In this document: positions 62,501 to 64,000 of the stretch, piece after piece
Layout: every line of letters begins with the position of its first letter
How positions within the stretch are numbered: position 1 is the stretch's first letter
DNA from: Azolla caroliniana
Lineage: Eukaryota > Plantae > Polypodiophyta
Assembly: GCA_043228905.1 (NCBI GenBank)
Contig: JBHGNT010000004.1
Span: forward strand, 11,160,001 to 11,224,000
DNA: 64,000 nucleotides
Direction: 5' to 3'
Notes under the pieces: generated by a model
What the model saw: only the letters and a program-made list of their open reading frames with translations
What the model was told of the DNA's origin: nothing
The model's database searches: none
Made by a program: the position numbers and the translations under genes

Positions 62501-63723
62501 AATTGAACTTTGAATCAAGCTTTATTTTGTTACTGATAAAAATGCCTATATTAAACACGGTCATCATGGCATTTCTCAACTGAATTTGATTCAATTGCTA
62601 AGCTGAAAAAAAGTACACATATAACCTCCTTGTTTCAAGCATTACAAATGCCCCTATATTAAGCACTACAGATTACATCAATGAAGTTGAAACTGAAGTT
62701 TGGTGAATGCTGCTTACAACATTGAAGATTCGCTCACATAATAGAGATCACACTTAACAATATTGGGAAAGAGGAATAGATTACCTTTGCGTAGGCGTGC
62801 CTTTTCCTTAGTTCGATTCTCTCCACCCATAACATAGCCCGGGACTAACCACTGGAAACGGTGCACAAGTTGTTTCATTACTTCATAAACCTGTAGGCAA
62901 AGTTCCCGTGTGGGAACGAGCACAAGGGCTGCTTCCAGGTCCATTAAGTCTTATTGTGTTTCTGGCACAGAGGCCATAACAAACGAACATAGCATATGCT
63001 TTTCACAGATAAACCATAGCGTGAACAATCAGCATACCTACCAAATGTACCATCAGAACGAGAAATCGTCTTCATATTTGCTTGCAATTTATGGATGATC
63101 GGTGCAAGGTAAACAACAGTTTTACCTGTTCCAGTCTCAGCTTTCACCAATCTGAATGCTCAAAATGTTAAAGGACTATTAATGAACCAAAAGGAGAAAC
63201 TTGCAAACACAAACCTCACATACTCAAACAATATGACAACAATTCCACAACAAAATATGATGACTTAAAAAGAAGACATCTTGTAAATACAAAAAGGATT
63301 TCAACAATTCTCCACATTAAAAATTCATGATCAGATCCCTCTTGCAATCAAACAAGTCACACATAAGAAGAACGTGGCTACAGCATCAAATCATAGAAAT
63401 GGATAGGATACATATCCCTTTCAGAGAGGATAAACGGTATAGCAGCTTGCTGTATACGAGTAGGTGCAGAGAATCCCATACGTTCTGTGAAACATATAAA
63501 AGGAAATGAGAAATTTGAGAGAGACAGAGACAAAGGAAGATGAAGAAGATAAAGACATACCTTGCATATGATCGGAAAGTATGTCGCAAAGTCCTAAGTC
63601 GCGGAACGTACAGGAAACGAAAGGATTCGCTGGTTCTGAGGGAGTTAACGAGGATTCCATCTCGCCATCGTCGTCTGCTTCTTTATGGGAGTTGTCAGAC
63701 CGCGCTCTCTTCCGGCTTTTCAT
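50284..63723 (-). CDS. RH17: DEAD-box ATP-dependent RNA helicase, RH17/DBP7/DDX31 type (10 exons, about 609 aa)
   Basis: Exons join in frame with GT-AG introns (1830 nt). Q motif, [50 protein letters not shown]-terminal [12 protein letters not shown] and basic tail. Confidence 0.93.
51289..51538 (-). CDS. RH17: RH17-like helicase exon 9
   Basis: RVGRTARLG (motif VI). Confidence 0.92.
52537..52841 (-). CDS. RH17: RH17-like helicase exon 8
   Basis: [14 protein letters not shown]...LHG...TDVAARGLD...YVH. Confidence 0.92.
53002..53081 (-). CDS. RH17: RH17-like helicase exon 7
   Basis: [11 protein letters not shown]...HK; phases match both neighbours. Confidence 0.85.
53211..53551 (-). CDS. RH17: RH17-like helicase exon 6
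   Basis: RLLDLGF...LLSATL...VPVQLVQRY. Confidence 0.9.
54459..54567 (-). CDS. RH17: RH17-like helicase exon 5
   Basis: [16 protein letters not shown]...FDEAD. Confidence 0.92.
55257..55295. repeat. Short interstitial plant telomere-type repeats
   Basis: TTTAGGG followed by about 4 x AAACCCT in the opposite orientation. Confidence 0.7.
55830..56273. mobile_element. Non-autonomous hAT-type DNA transposon (MITE-like, 444 bp)
   Basis: Perfect 8-bp TSD CTTGGAAA (55822-55829/56274-56281), imperfect TIR CAT(T/A)GTTGT, many AGAATAC/GTATTCT subterminal motifs, about 39-bp tandem repeat at ~56123-56255. Confidence 0.85.
56305..56758 (-). repeat. 3' LTR of the intronic copia
   Basis: TG...CA, direct repeat of 61163-61618. 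Confidence 0.96.
56766..60932 (-). CDS. Copia gag-pol polyprotein (1388 aa; gag, PR, IN, RT, RNase H)
   Basis: [72 protein letters not shown] catalytic motif is YVND. Confidence 0.95.
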   Translation of the reverse strand: MASHATIVSSTIPQLPKESILDGNNYLDWELQIKTLLQYHRLWNVVNGSDKKPPVTSSSSTKSVAGSSNAEIEAWLDKDSRAHAFLMFNIKPSIARQLQDKDDETANELWTAIKRRYHRANHAQMIAIESQLANLKIHDTPNIMDQITEFVTLQKELVSLGSKSTEVEFVHRLMIKLPESFSAFCDTISLLPNTPDMNTFLGMLQDRATRKKSAQTSNETLLHATSKGKWKQNGNSYNKPNPRPPNNPAYKELTCHYCGYKGHIQPDCRKKKRDNAKKKKRDNAKNSSSTRNQPTPKSNSAHSAKETVFLGIEEHTSHLAGPTTSTIDEWLVDSGATSHMTYDKSILHDVKPSSSQISIGDASSIEASCVGNVVLDNSSSEEPVVLQDVLHVPRISTNLLSVYKITKQGYGVYFDSSVLEVIDTNSLQIVASGTQEGGLYRLKSSHSPLENSKSHLLHLLHLLQGSHALVAQEDPTLWHARFGHLNYDSLQKLSSSQLVEGLPIFKSPNTPCVACLHGKQHREPFPHEATHRATSILELVHMDLCGPMKTTTLGGARYFMLIIDDFSRKVWVYFLVEKSQAFAKFQEWVALVENETSKKVRKIRSDNGGEFISKAFHHFCSQRGIARQFSTPNTPQQNGVVERKNRTVQEMARTMLSQSDLPLSFWGEAVNTAVYIINCCPTKAVARMTLEEAFTGVKPSVSHFKVFGCDAYVHISDHKRTKFESKTKKCKFLGYNTQSKAYRLWDFESKSLVISRDVHFVESQPDDSRILPEFMVEIQAPSESPILDEDVSSSSPPSPPTQSLTSPTIQTSPSTPLVSTPSTNQLPPLPKWLQATIRDSHLSDAELHEYTSGSRTRKSQRPLHSCNFALLCTVVQSKEPTTAKEALVLPKWKAAMEVELDSIERNHTWELVPRPPHRQVIGLKWIFKTKYHADGTLDKHKARLVAKGYSQVEGVDYEETFAPTARYTSIRCALALAAHNKWAIFQMDVKSAFLNGDLKEEVYVEQPPSFEVLEQKNMVYKLHKALYGLKQAPKAWHDKIDSFFLSLGFQNCNADSNLYVFSQDNLLCLIILYVNDLLITGSLASKIEEVRADLKTTFEMTDLGLLHYFIGMEVYQSHGGIFLSQHRYLRQLLETYSMTNCKPLSCPMDPNSKLSREDDSPIFEDITKYRRLIGSLLHLTYTRPDLSYSVSILSQFSTAPRQSHWQAAIRVLRYLANTLDYGLSFRGGIELVGYSDADWAGDIDSRRSTSGYCFMLGSGLISWKSKKQNSVSTSSTEAEYRAYLDTCRELLWLMQLFSHIGVLQASPIAVFTDSQSARALAHSSAFHGRTKHIEVHYHFVRDLVKSQVINLAYCPTQENVADLFTKPLPRQAIDQLLDRLNVELPFWS
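61163..61618 (-). repeat. 5' LTR of the intronic copia
   Basis: TG...CA, directly followed on the minus strand by TGGTATCAGAGC. Confidence 0.96.
62785..62928 (-). CDS. RH17: RH17-like helicase exon 4
   Basis: LVPTRELC...[15 protein letters not shown]. Confidence 0.92.
63042..63151 (-). CDS. RH17: RH17-like helicase exon 3
   Basis: [11 protein letters not shown] (motif I). Confidence 0.9.
63412..63484 (-). CDS. RH17: RH17-like helicase exon 2
   Basis: [20 protein letters not shown] (Q motif). Confidence 0.9.
63561..63723 (-). CDS. RH17: RH17-like helicase exon 1
   Basis: MKSRKRARS...[16 protein letters not shown]; donor GTATGT. Confidence 0.82.
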
Positions 63724-63900
63724 GGTCCCAGAAGAAGAAGAAGAAGAAGAAATGCGTTCGATATGTAAATGAAAGAAACATAAAACCCCACGCCATAAAT
63801 CCTTTTTTGGGGGGAGGGGAGGGGTAACACATCCGATGAGTCGAGGGGTTCTGTGAATGGTGAGGGCCTTTCCTTTCTCCACGGGTAGAGAAGGCAAGGC

Positions 63901-63929
63901 GCCCATGACTCAGGGTAAGAGTCATGGGC
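63901..63929. promoter_or_regulatory. Perfect 11-bp inverted repeat upstream of the helicase start codon
   Basis: GCCCATGACTC-N7-GAGTCATGGGC; related half copy at ~63967-63988. Confidence 0.45.
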
Positions 63930-64000
63930 TTCTAATCTAAGTCTTCTTGATGGATGGAGAAGAAAGCCATGACTCAAGGTGTGAGTCTTCGACTTGTGGC

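Noticed and set aside
63724-63906. N-terminal extension of the helicase from the ATG at 63906
   Set aside because: Low-complexity 5'-UTR-like sequence; the ATG at 63723 has good context and gives a typical length. Not fully excluded.

Overview
Eukaryotic land-plant DNA, probably a bryophyte or other early-diverging lineage (inferred from TE content, not proven). Positions 1-48,900 are an almost continuous pile of nested, mostly decayed LTR retrotransposons. Positions 50,284-63,723 carry one 10-exon minus-strand gene for a DEAD-box RNA helicase of the RH17/DBP7/DDX31 type (about 609 aa when spliced by hand). Its 8.2-kb intron 4 holds a LINE relic, a hAT-type MITE and a very young full-length Ty1/copia element whose RT motif reads YVND instead of YVDD. 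The dominant TE is a tRNA-Trp-primed Ty3/gypsy lineage, present as five coding copies, one gag-only non-autonomous element, a solo LTR and an RT fragment. It shows a coherent set of unusual traits: (i) every readable insertion site is a 4-bp target with a central CpG (NCGN); (ii) protease is encoded in the gag ORF and pol is reached by a putative -1 frameshift (G-GAU-UUU plus an H-type pseudoknot with compensatory changes between copies); (iii) motifs are DHG (protease), FLDD (RT) and D-34-E (integrase); (iv) some LTRs carry tandem antisense tRNA-like A-box/B-box modules and RY/E-box clusters in U3. A separate LTR shows a Tf1/Tcn1-type self-priming signature. All coordinates and alignments were read by eye; no database searches were run.
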